A stretch of 64,000 nucleotides of DNA, from the NCBI GenBank assembly GCA_043228905.1, contig JBHGNT010000006.1:3782001-3846000 (forward strand), in the 5' to 3' direction. Numbering within the stretch: the first letter of the stretch is position 1; each line of letters starts with the position of its first letter. Positions 41,881-52,249 of this stretch are shown piece by piece. This stretch comes from Azolla caroliniana (Eukaryota; Plantae; Polypodiophyta). The notes beneath the pieces are model-generated. The model saw only the letters and a list, made by a program, of their open reading frames with translations, made no database searches and had not been told where the DNA came from. Position numbers and translations under genes: made by a program.

Positions 41881-44557
41881 GAATTGATGTAGATTGAGGA
41901 AAACCGGATTTGAGGATCACTGATGGCAATTGGTAATGGAATCACCAATTATTGGGTGTGGGTTGATGTTGGATTGTTGATTATTTACCTTAGGTCAACA
42001 CTAGAGAGCAATTCAAGGATTTTTGTATCTGCTCATAAGGAGGGCATTGGAGTTTTAAGGTTCCTATATTATCGAAATGTAGATGCCTACACAAGGCAAG
42101 TGTGTAAGGACCATAGAGCTTCCCCCCCCCCCCCCCCCCTCCCCTAACACACATATCATTAGATATAGATGCTCATATATATTGAAATATATAAATTTGT
42201 GTCAGGAGAACTACACGCTCCCTATGCGCAACGCTCGGCCACAACTAAGCTTAGAATCAAACACAAAAAACGGGCAACGAAAGCACGACACAGTGAAGAG
42301 AAGAGAACACAAGATGTTAACGTGGAAAACCCAAACTAGGGAAAAACCACAATAACCCACAGACTGCAAGCTATCACTATATCAGAATGTGCAATAGTAG
42401 AGCACCAAGGCAATGACCTCGAGCTTGCTATCTTCGCCACAAGCGGCGGTTACAACAGAGGCAACCTCTTGTTCCCTCTCTCTCTCTCTCTGTACTCTAT
42501 TACATGCTCTAATCTTACGCCAACAAGAATGACAACAACATTCACATACTAAGTTTGCCCTAAGTCATATTTATACTAATATGACTTTTCGGCTATTTAC
42601 AAATATAGCCACAATGGACTCTCAGAAAACATATTTACAAATATGTCCCTTCATCCGGTGAGCACTCCTCACCGGGCCTGCATCATCCGGTGCTTGCCGG
42701 GCACTCATCATCCGGTTCCCACCGGGTCTTCCGTTTCCGGGTACTCCTCATCCGGTTCTCACCGGGTCTTCCGTTGCCGGGTACTCCTCATCCGGTTCTC
42801 ACCGGGTCTTCCGTTGCTGGGTACTCCTCATTCGGTTCTCATCGGGTCATCCCATCCGGAGGGACCTGTTTCCTAACAAACTCCCCCTTCACTCCGGCAT
42901 GGGATGTCTTAGTAGTCTGACCTACTTCCAACATGCATCCAACTTGTCAAGTGTCAGTACTTTGGTCAGCATATCTGACCCGTTCTCGGCCGTGTGGATC
43001 TTCGTCAGCGCGAACTCATGGTCATCTACTCCCGGATCCAGTGATACCTACGCTGGATATGCTTCGTCCGGGAATGGTAAGCCGCATTCTTAGCAAGGTG
43101 GATGGCACTTTGACTGTCGCAATAGAGCTGATATTCATCTTGCCGGATACCGAGCTCTCCGATGAAGTCCTTCATCCATAATATTTCCTTGCCGGCTTCC
43201 ATAACTGCCATGTACTCCGCCTCCGTGGTTGACAACGCAACCGTCTTCTGCAGCCTTGATTGCCACGAAACAGCTCCCCTTGCATATGTCATTACATACC
43301 CGGATGTAGACCGGCTGGTATCCACATCAGCCGACATGTCCGAATCGGTAAAATCGTCAAGTTGAGGTTTACCGGAGCTGAATCGAAGACACATATTCTA
43401 AGTGCCCTTCAAGTACCGGAGTATCCATTTGATCGCATTCTAGTGCTCCTTGCCGGGATTGCTCATGAACCGGCTCACCACTCCGACTGCGTATCCAATA
43501 TCCGGTCGGGTACACACCATTGCGTACATTAAGCTCCCGACAACAGAGGCATATGGAACCTTCATCATATCAACCTTCTCTGCTTTCGTCTTCGGGCTTT
43601 GCTTGCCGGATAACCTGCAATTTGCCGGAAGTGTCGATCCGACCAGTTTCGCTTCCAACATGTTCAACCGCTGAAGCACCTTTGTCACGTACTTCTCCTG
43701 TGACAGCCACAATTGCTTCATTGACCGGTTCCGGATGATATGCATCCCCAACATCTGTCTTGCCGGATCCAAGTCTTTCATTGAGAAGGTCCGGTTGAGG
43801 GCCTTCTTCAGCATCCGTATTTTGGCTTGGTCCCGTCCGACGATTAACATGTCTTCCACGTACAGAAGGAGTATCAGGAAGTCGCCTCCTTCGAACTTCT
43901 TCACAAACACCCAGTGATCGGCCTGCGTCTTGTGGTACCCTTGATCGGTAATGAAGGAGTCGAACTTCCGGTACCATTGCCGGGGGGCTTGCTTCAACCC
44001 GTAGAGGCTCTTCTTCAACCGGCAAACCAGGTGCTCCTTCTCTTTCGGAATACCGAAACCTGGTTAACAACATTTTTGTTCTGAAACATAATGCCGATCT
44101 TCTCCCAAAGCTCATGAGCCTTGCTCTCTTCATTGAAGTTGTTGTATAGGCTCATGTTGATGAAGCACCGTATGTACGCTGTTGTCTTCATGTGCATCAC
44201 CTCCCATATCGTGGCGTCGATTTTGTTTGGTCTCTTGTCCCCGAACTGAACCAGAAACCAAAGATCTTTAACCACGAGCATGTCCCTCATCTTCGACTTC
44301 CACACTGAATAGTTGGAGCCGATGAGCTTGAACATGCCGCCCAACGATTCGTCCATTTTTTGTGTCGTTTCGCTCTGATACCACTTTGTCAGGAACTACA
44401 CGCTCCCTATGCGCAACGCTCGGCCACAACCAAGCTTAGAATCAAACACAGAAAACGGGCAATGAAAGCACAACACAGTGAAGAGAAGAGAACACTGTTG
44501 GGATTTCGGTCCCTCCGGATGGGATGTCCGGAGATGAATGACGGCAAGCCCGGTTGC

Positions 44558-44895
44558 GGTTACGGAGCCGGATGATGAATACCCCGGCTACGGAGCCGGA
44601 TGACGAAGACCCTGGCTACGGTGCCGGATGATGAAGACCCCGGCTACGGAGCCGGATGATGAATACCCCGGCTACGGTGCCGGATGATGAAGACCCCGGC
44701 TACGGAGCCGGATGACGAAGACCCCGGCTACGGAGCCGGATGATGAATACCCTGGCTACGGAGCCGGATGATGAAGACCCCAGCTACGGAGCCGGATGAT
44801 GAATACCCCGGCTACGGAGCCGGATGACGAAGACCCTGGCTACGGTGCCGGATGATGAATACCCCGGCTACGGAGCCGGATGACGAATGTACCCG
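44558..44895 (+). repeat. 28-bp U3 tandem array in the 5' LTR of C (11 full units plus one variant)
   Basis: Unit ggctacgg(a/t)gccggatga(t/c)gaa(t/g)accc(c/t). Confidence 0.95.
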
Positions 44896-45343
44896 GAGGG
44901 AGATCCGGATGCGCCTTGAGGCTATATTTGTAAATAGCCCGAAAGTCATGTGTGTATAAATATGACTTAGGGCAAACAGTTTATGTTGTTGCTATTTTTG
45001 TTTCAGCCGAGAGTGCGAAGCGTGAGCAGCCGAGAGAGAGAGAGAGAGAGGAAGAGGTCGACGCCTCTGTGTATTACCGCCGCCTGTGGCGAAGACAGTG
45101 AGCTCAAGGTTGTTGCCTTGTAGCTTCACCATTGTACATCTCTGTGTATAGTGATAGTTGGAGTTGGAGGACTCCCGTGGTTTTTCCCATTTAGGGTTTT
45201 CCACGTAAAACACCCTGTGTACCCTTCTCTCTATTGTCTTCGTGAACTTTGTATTTCCTGTTTTCTGGAGTTGATCCTATTCCTCGGTTGTGGCCGAGCC
45301 CTGTTGTTCAACAAAGTGGTATCAGAGCACGGTAACACAGAAA

Positions 45344-48300
45344 ATGGAAGGCGGCGGTAGTGGGCCTCCGGGCATGATGGTGTTGAACTCACAGAACTAC
45401 GCCGACTGGAAGATAAAGATGGAAGACCTCCTCATCGTACGAGACCTGTACGAACCGATCGACAATGCCGAGATACCCAAGGGAGTAATAGAGTCGGAGT
45501 GGAAGCTCCTGAACCGGAAAGCCGTAGCGACGATCCGCCAATATGTAGATGTAAGTGTTCTGCAACATGTGGCGAACGACACCAACGCATATGAGATGTG
45601 GAAGAAGCTGTCGGGCCTCTACGAGAGGAAGAATGCGTTGAACCGGACCTCCCTGATGAGGAAGATAGTGAACCTCAAGTACCGGGACGGCGAGAATATG
45701 GTGGAACACGTGAGCACGTTCATGGGATTCGTGAACCAGCTTGCGGCGATCAAGTTCCCGTTGGAGGATGCAATGCAAGCCATCATCCTGATGTGTACAT
45801 TGCCGGACAGCTGGGAGAACTTGGTGGTGACTCTCAGCACCTCCTGCACGGAAGATAACTTGTCCCTACAAATGGTAAAGACAAGTATTTTGAACGAAGA
45901 AGCGCGTCGGAGATATAAAGAACCGGCCTCCGACTCGAAGGCGCTGCTTACCGAATCGGAACGGGGAAGACAATGGAACCGGAGTCCGCAAAGACGGGAG
46001 AAGTCGGGGACCCGATCGCAGTCAAGAGGAAGACCCACATGCTTCCACTGTGGGAAGCCAGGGCACTTCCGGAAGAATTGTCGGCATTACCGAAAGGACA
46101 ACGGAGCCGACGACACCGATTCGAAGAAGTCACCGGAGAGAAACGGTGCATACCGGGGAGCCACGGACCGGAGAGGTCCGGATCGGCGAGGGCAGGACCG
46201 GAAAGGAACGACGGCACTCGCGACAAGTGAAGAAGAAATCATGCTCATTACCGAAGAGAGGGAGCTGAACCTTGCCGGTGTAGAGATGACCTGGGTGGTT
46301 GATTCCGGAGCGTCGTTCCACCTGACCCCTGAGAAGAAATACTTCTCATCCTACACAGCCGGTGAGCACGGCTGTGTCCGGATGGGAAATGAAGGTACAT
46401 GCCGGATTGCCGGCATAGGAGACGTGTGGTTGATGACATCAACCGGATGCAAGATGCTGCTGAAGGATGTCCGACACGTTCCGGAGGTCCGATTGAACCT
46501 GATCTCGGCCGGGAGGCTAGATGATGAAGGCTACACGGGTAGCATCCGGAACGGTGTCATGAAGTTCAGCAAGGGAAGCCTGATAGTGGCTCGGGCCCGG
46601 AAGGTCAACACACTGTACTTGATGAATTCCCGGCTATGTCCGGAGGAGCTGAACGTGGCAGCCGACACTGCCGGTGAGCTGTGGCACAAGAGACTGTGCC
46701 ACATGAGTGAGAAGGGGATGAAGAGGCTTGCAGAGGACAGTCTTATTCCAGTGAAGCATGTGCACCTGGAGAAGTGCACCGATTGCCTGGCCGGTAAGCA
46801 GAACCGAACCTCTTTCCACTCAAGGCCACCGATGAGACGTAGCGCACCATTGGAGTTGGTGCACACGGATGTGTGTCAGGTAGAAACGAAGTCACATGGC
46901 GGAGCCCAGTACTTCGTGACTTTCATTGATGATCACAGCCGGAAGCTGTGGACGGCGCCGTTGAAGACAAAGGACCAAGTGTTGTCCGTCTTCAAAGAAC
47001 TCCACGCGAGAGTGGAAAGGGAATCCGGCAAGAAGCTGAAAGCGATACGAGCGGATAACGGAGGGGAATACCGGGGGCAGTTCCAGGAGTACTGTCGCTC
47101 GAAGGGAATCCGGCTCGAGTTTACTGTGCCGAAGACGCCGGAACTAAACGGGCTGGCCGAGAGGATGAACCGGACCATAATGGAGAGGGTCCGGAGTATG
47201 CTGGCGCATGCGAAATTACCCAAGGGGTTTTGGGCTGAGGCAATGTCGACGGCGACATACGTGATAAACAGGTCACCCTCAGTACCTTTGGACGGGGACA
47301 CGCCGCAGAAAGTGTGGACCGGTAAGGAAGTGTCCTACCGGCATCTGAAGGTGTTCGGGTGTCTCGCATACGTGCATGTGGCAAAGGACCGGAGAGGAAA
47401 GCTAGATCCAAAGACCCGGCCATGCATATTCCTCGGTTACGGCGACGACGAGTTCGGCTACCGAGTATGGGACCCGGTCGACAAGAAGATATTCAGGAGT
47501 CGAGATATCATCTTCATGGAGGACAAGACACTCGCCGACTGGGAGTCGGAGAAGAAGATGAAGAGCTCCAAGTCGACCGGTGAGGATAAACTCTACGAGG
47601 AGCAGTCCCGACCGGCAAGGGACCAGTTAGCACTCGAGGATCCGGCCGAAGACGAGGAAGAAACAGAACCGGCCGAAGAAGATGAAAATGATACCGGAAC
47701 CGGCCCCGATCCCGAAATGGATTCGGATGAAGAAGAATCGGAAGAACCGGTTACCGAAGCTCCGGAACGGAGATATCCTCTAAGAGAGAGAAGGGCCCCC
47801 CGGAGATTTCCGGAACCAGAGCACGTGCTGCTAACCGACGAGGGGGAGCCGGAGAGCTTTGAAGAAGCAAAGCACGACACCCAGAGCCGCAGGTGGTTGA
47901 GTGCCATGCAGGACGAGATGGATTCCCTGCATGAGAACCACACATATGAACTTGTGGAGTTGCCTAAAGGAAAGCGGGCACTTCGAAACAAGTGGGTGTT
48001 CAAGCTGAAACCGGGAGATGCCGGAAACCCCCCGAGATACAAAGCCAGGATCGTGGTGAAGGGGTTTCAGCAGAAGAAGGGCGTCGACTTCGACGAGATA
48101 TTTGCCCCGGTAGTGAAGATGACCTCCATCCGGACGGTGCTGAGCATAGCGGCAAGCATGGACCTCGAGGTAGAACAGATGGACGTGAAGACGACATTCC
48201 TTCACGGTGACCTCGAAGAAGAGATCTACATGCAGCAACCGGAAGGATTCGAGAAGAAAGGGAAGGAGCACCTGGTATGCCGGTTGAAGAAGAGCCTTTA

Positions 48301-49417
48301 CGGACTGAAGCAGGCTCCCCGGCAATGGTACCGGAAGTTCGACTCCTTCATGACCGACGAAGGGTACCACAAAACGCAGTCTGATCACTGCGTGTTTGTG
48401 AAGAAGTTTGAAGGAGGAGACTCTCTAATACTCCTCCTGTACGTGGACGACATGTTGATCGTAGGACGGGACCAGGTCAAGATACGGGCGCTGAAGAAAG
48501 CGCTTCACCGAACCTTCTCAATGAAGGACCTGGGTCCGGCGAGGCAAATACTAGGGATGCACATCATCCGAGACCGGAAGAAGAAGCAGTTGTGGCTGTC
48601 ACAGGAGAAGTACGTGACAAAGGTTGTTCAACGGTTCAACATGTCGGAAGCAAGACCAGTCGGGTCAACCCTCCCGGCAAACTGCAAGTTGTCCAGCAAG
48701 CAAAGCCCCAAGACAAAGGCTGAGAAGGAGGACATGATGAAAGTACCATATGCCTCTGCTGTCGGAAGCTTGATGTACGCTATGGTGTGTACAAGACCAG
48801 ACATTGGATACGCAGTCGGAGTGGTGAGCCGGTACATGAGCAATCCCGGCAAAGAGCATTGGAACGCGGTCAAGTGGATACTCCGATATCTGAAGGGCAC
48901 GACAAACGTGTGCCTCCGATTCGGCTCCGGTAAGCCCGAACTCGACGGCTTTACCGATTCGGATATGTCGGCTGATGCAGATACCAGCCGGTCCACATCA
49001 GGGTATGTGATGACGTATGCAGGGGGAGCTGTTTCGTGGCAGTCGAGGCTGCAGAAGACGGTTGCGTTGTCAACCACGGAGGCGGAGTACATGGCAGTTG
49101 TTGAAGCCGGCAAGGAAATAATATGGATGAAGGACTTCATTAGAGAGCTCGGGATCCGGCAGGAGGAGTACCGACTCTACTGCGATAGTCAGAGTGCCAT
49201 CCACCTTGCGAAGAACGCGGCCTATCACTCCCGGACGAAGCACATCCAGCGAAGATATCACTGGATCCGGGAAAGGATAGAAGACCAGGAGTTCGTGCTG
49301 ACGAAGATCCACACGGACGAGAACGGCTCAGATATGCTGACCAAAGTGCTCACACCCGACAAGCTGGAAGCATGCCGGAAGAGGATCGGATTGGAGAGAC
49401 ATCCCATGCCGAAGTGA
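45344..49417 (+). CDS. Copia Gag-Pol polyprotein (gag, CCHC, protease, integrase, RT, RNase H), ~1357 aa
   Basis: One uninterrupted ORF: CFHCGKPGHFRKNC, VVDSGAS, WHKRLCH..CTDC, HTD/DNGGE/AER, YVDDM, TDSD, STTEAEY. Tnt1-like domain order. Confidence 0.97.
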   Translation: MEGGGSGPPGMMVLNSQNYADWKIKMEDLLIVRDLYEPIDNAEIPKGVIESEWKLLNRKAVATIRQYVDVSVLQHVANDTNAYEMWKKLSGLYERKNALNRTSLMRKIVNLKYRDGENMVEHVSTFMGFVNQLAAIKFPLEDAMQAIILMCTLPDSWENLVVTLSTSCTEDNLSLQMVKTSILNEEARRRYKEPASDSKALLTESERGRQWNRSPQRREKSGTRSQSRGRPTCFHCGKPGHFRKNCRHYRKDNGADDTDSKKSPERNGAYRGATDRRGPDRRGQDRKGTTALATSEEEIMLITEERELNLAGVEMTWVVDSGASFHLTPEKKYFSSYTAGEHGCVRMGNEGTCRIAGIGDVWLMTSTGCKMLLKDVRHVPEVRLNLISAGRLDDEGYTGSIRNGVMKFSKGSLIVARARKVNTLYLMNSRLCPEELNVAADTAGELWHKRLCHMSEKGMKRLAEDSLIPVKHVHLEKCTDCLAGKQNRTSFHSRPPMRRSAPLELVHTDVCQVETKSHGGAQYFVTFIDDHSRKLWTAPLKTKDQVLSVFKELHARVERESGKKLKAIRADNGGEYRGQFQEYCRSKGIRLEFTVPKTPELNGLAERMNRTIMERVRSMLAHAKLPKGFWAEAMSTATYVINRSPSVPLDGDTPQKVWTGKEVSYRHLKVFGCLAYVHVAKDRRGKLDPKTRPCIFLGYGDDEFGYRVWDPVDKKIFRSRDIIFMEDKTLADWESEKKMKSSKSTGEDKLYEEQSRPARDQLALEDPAEDEEETEPAEEDENDTGTGPDPEMDSDEEESEEPVTEAPERRYPLRERRAPRRFPEPEHVLLTDEGEPESFEEAKHDTQSRRWLSAMQDEMDSLHENHTYELVELPKGKRALRNKWVFKLKPGDAGNPPRYKARIVVKGFQQKKGVDFDEIFAPVVKMTSIRTVLSIAASMDLEVEQMDVKTTFLHGDLEEEIYMQQPEGFEKKGKEHLVCRLKKSLYGLKQAPRQWYRKFDSFMTDEGYHKTQSDHCVFVKKFEGGDSLILLLYVDDMLIVGRDQVKIRALKKALHRTFSMKDLGPARQILGMHIIRDRKKKQLWLSQEKYVTKVVQRFNMSEARPVGSTLPANCKLSSKQSPKTKAEKEDMMKVPYASAVGSLMYAMVCTRPDIGYAVGVVSRYMSNPGKEHWNAVKWILRYLKGTTNVCLRFGSGKPELDGFTDSDMSADADTSRSTSGYVMTYAGGAVSWQSRLQKTVALSTTEAEYMAVVEAGKEIIWMKDFIRELGIRQEEYRLYCDSQSAIHLAKNAAYHSRTKHIQRRYHWIRERIEDQEFVLTKIHTDENGSDMLTKVLTPDKLEACRKRIGLERHPMPK

Positions 49418-49489
49418 AGGGGGAGTTTGTTGGGATTTCGGTCCCTCCGGATGGGATGTCTGGAGATGAATGACGGCAAGCCCGGTTGC

Positions 49490-49855
49490 GGTTACGGAGC
49501 CGGATGATGAATACCCCGGCTACGGAGCCGGATGACGAAGACCCTGGCTACGGTGCCGGATGATGAAGACCCCGGCTACGGAGCCGGATGATGAATACCC
49601 CGGCTACGGTGCCGGATGATGAAGACCCCGGCTACGGAGCCGGATGACGAAGACCCTGGCTACGGAGCCGGATGATGAAGACCCCGGCTACGGAGCCGGA
49701 TGATGAATACCCTGGCTACGGAGCCGGATGATGAAGACCCCGGCTACGGAGCCGGATGATGAATACCCCGGCTACGGAGCCGGATGACGAAGACCCTGGC
49801 TACGGTGCCGGATGATGAATACCCCGGCTACGGAGCCGGATGACGAATGTACCCG
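49490..49855 (+). repeat. 28-bp U3 tandem array in the 3' LTR of C (12 full units plus one variant)
   Basis: Same unit. The 3' LTR is 846 bp and the 5' LTR 818 bp. Confidence 0.95.
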
Positions 49856-50826
49856 GAGGGAGATCCGGATGCGCCTTGAGGCTATATTTGTAAATAGCCC
49901 GAAAGTCATGTGTGTATAAATATGACTTAGGGCAAACAGTTTATGTTGTTGCTATTTTTGTTTCAGCCGAGAGTGCGAAGCGTGAGCAGCCGAGAGAGAG
50001 AGAGAGAGAGGAAGAGGTCGACGCCTCTGTGTATTACCGCCGCCTGTGGCGAAGACAGTGAGCTCAAGGTTGTTGCCTTGTAGCTTCACCATTGTACATC
50101 TCTGTGTATAGTGATAGTTGGAGTTGGAGGACTCCCGTGGTTTTTCCCATTTAGGGTTTTCCACGTAAAACACCCTGTGTACCCTTCTCTCTATTGTCTT
50201 CGTGAACTTTGTATTTCCTGTTTTCTGGAGTTGATCCTATTCCTCGGTTGTGGCCGAGCCCTGTTGTTCAACAAACACAAGATGTTAACGTGGGAAACCC
50301 AAACTAGGGAAAAACCACAATAACCCACAGACTGCAAGCTATCACTATATCAGAATGTACAATAGTAGGGCACCGAGGCAACGACCTCGAGCTTGCTATC
50401 TTCGCCACAGGCGGCGGTTACAACAGAGGCAACGACCTCTTGTTCCCTCTCTCTCTCTGTACTCTATTACGTGCTCTAATCTTACGCCAACAAGAATGAC
50501 AACAACATTCACATACTAAGTTTGCCCTAAGTCATATTTATACTAATATGACTTATTAGCTATTTACAAATATAGCCACGATGGACTCTCAGAAAACATA
50601 TTTACAAATATGTCCCTTCATCCGGTGAGCACTCCTCACCGGGCCTGCATCATCCGGTGCTTGCCGGGCACTCATCATCCGGTTCTCACCGGGTCTTCCA
50701 TTTCCGGGTACTCCTCATCTGGTTCTCACCGGGTCTTCCGTTGCCGGGTACTCCTCATCCGGTTCTCACCGGGTCATCCCATCCGGAGGGACCTGTTTCC
50801 TAACAATTTATAAGCTATCGACCATG

Positions 50827-50861
50827 TGTTGGCCAGTGATGGGATATTGATATAAATAGGA

Positions 50862-50923
<62 letters not shown>

Positions 50924-51415
50924 AGATGTTGTACATTTTAGGGTTAGGGTTACTAATAATAATAATGATGATTGATAATGAAGATAGACATGGTGTAATA
51001 GTAGAGATGATGAATGGTATGATGGTGAGAGATCATGAGGATGTTGAGAAGCATTGTGGGGTGGGAGGTGGTGCCATTCTAGGCACCACCCCCCTCCCAA
51101 GGGGGTGGAACGTTAAGGGGAGAGAGGAAGAGAGATGACAAAGAGAGAGAGAGATAGAGAGATAGAGAGAAAAGGTTATTGTCTTCATTCATTCCCCATA
51201 AGGGGTTAAATAGGTACAAAGGGGTAGATCCATAAGGGTGCAAGCCCCGTTGGCATTCACACCTAGTCACTCACTCACACCTCTTTGTATCCACCACACT
51301 CACACTTACATTCACACTCATAATCGTATAAAATCACACATACATATCCACACATTACATCTTTCACCCTCACTTATCACACTTACCAATCACTCGTACA
51401 TCTCGTACGGTAACA
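50827..51415 (-). repeat. Dispersed LTR-like repeat, copy 2 (with long AG run)
   Basis: Similar to 4399-4781. Ends gtacggtaaca. Confidence 0.55.
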
Positions 51416-52249
51416 AGTGAGAGAGGGAGGGAGAGATACATGGAGTTAGTTAGATAGAATGTATGTGATGCATGATGATTCTTTTTTACCAACATCACTT
51501 CGAATGACAAATCTACAAGAAGTAGGAACTTTCGATAACTTCCCTATTTTTTTGGAGGGCTTGCAATCATGCAATTGACATGCATAAATCCTTACTTGGA
51601 ACGCCTCCACTATGCTTTACCTCTTCTCTTTTGCTTCAACCTCACTTTGATTTTGTCATGGAGCAAATTTTGGTGAATTTCTCACAATAACGGGATCATA
51701 AAGGGGAAGCATGGGATATCACTTTATGAAACATTACGATCATTCATCGGACGAATGACAATGAGGTCTTCTTCCGCAATTCTCACAAGTTCTTTCTTGG
51801 TGTAATGCATGAGGATATTTTGGATATCCTAGGCCAATTGCATATTACTATTTCTTAGTTGCAATGCCAAAGTTATCGTTATGCTAAGATGCGACAACTC
51901 ACGGACGGGTTCATTGATAATAAGTGCCAATCTCATTTGTTTTTTTAATCATTACATCATGCCTATGCTCGAGCTAATGTAATACACATGAACCAAGCAG
52001 ATGAATTTATAGTGGATCCTGTTACAATAATTGTGATATTTGTTCATTACTTTAAGGAGTTGATTGGCCCACAATTGTTAATGACAAATGTGGCAAGTAG
52101 AGCATTGAAAAGAAATGCACGGGATATCGCTCGGCCACAACCAAGTAGTAAGTCTCTTCTATAAGAATCAAACACAGAAATGGGATGTAGAGAGTACACA
52201 AGAAAGTGACATAGGATGTTTACGTGGAAAAACCCTAATAGGGAAAAAC

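Larger units (their letters stand above)
44496..50273 (+). mobile_element. Ty1/copia element C, full length and intact
   Basis: LTRs 44496-45313 and 49428-50273 are nearly identical. Perfect TSD AACAC, PBS tggtatcagagc at 45317-45328, PPT gaagggggag. Confidence 0.98.
42200..50805 (-). mobile_element. Ty1/copia element B, internally deleted, 5' LTR split by element C
   Basis: 3' LTR 42200-42878; 5' LTR 44387-44495 plus 50279-50805. TSD atttg/attta, PBS 44372-44383, PPT 42881-42890. The gag N-terminus (44356) is fused to the RT C-half and RNase H at ~44040. Confidence 0.93.

Noticed and set aside
44558-44895. 28-bp repeat array as a CRISPR-like locus
   Set aside because: Units are head-to-tail with no unique spacers, lie inside an LTR, and are duplicated in the partner LTR. 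No cas genes are present.
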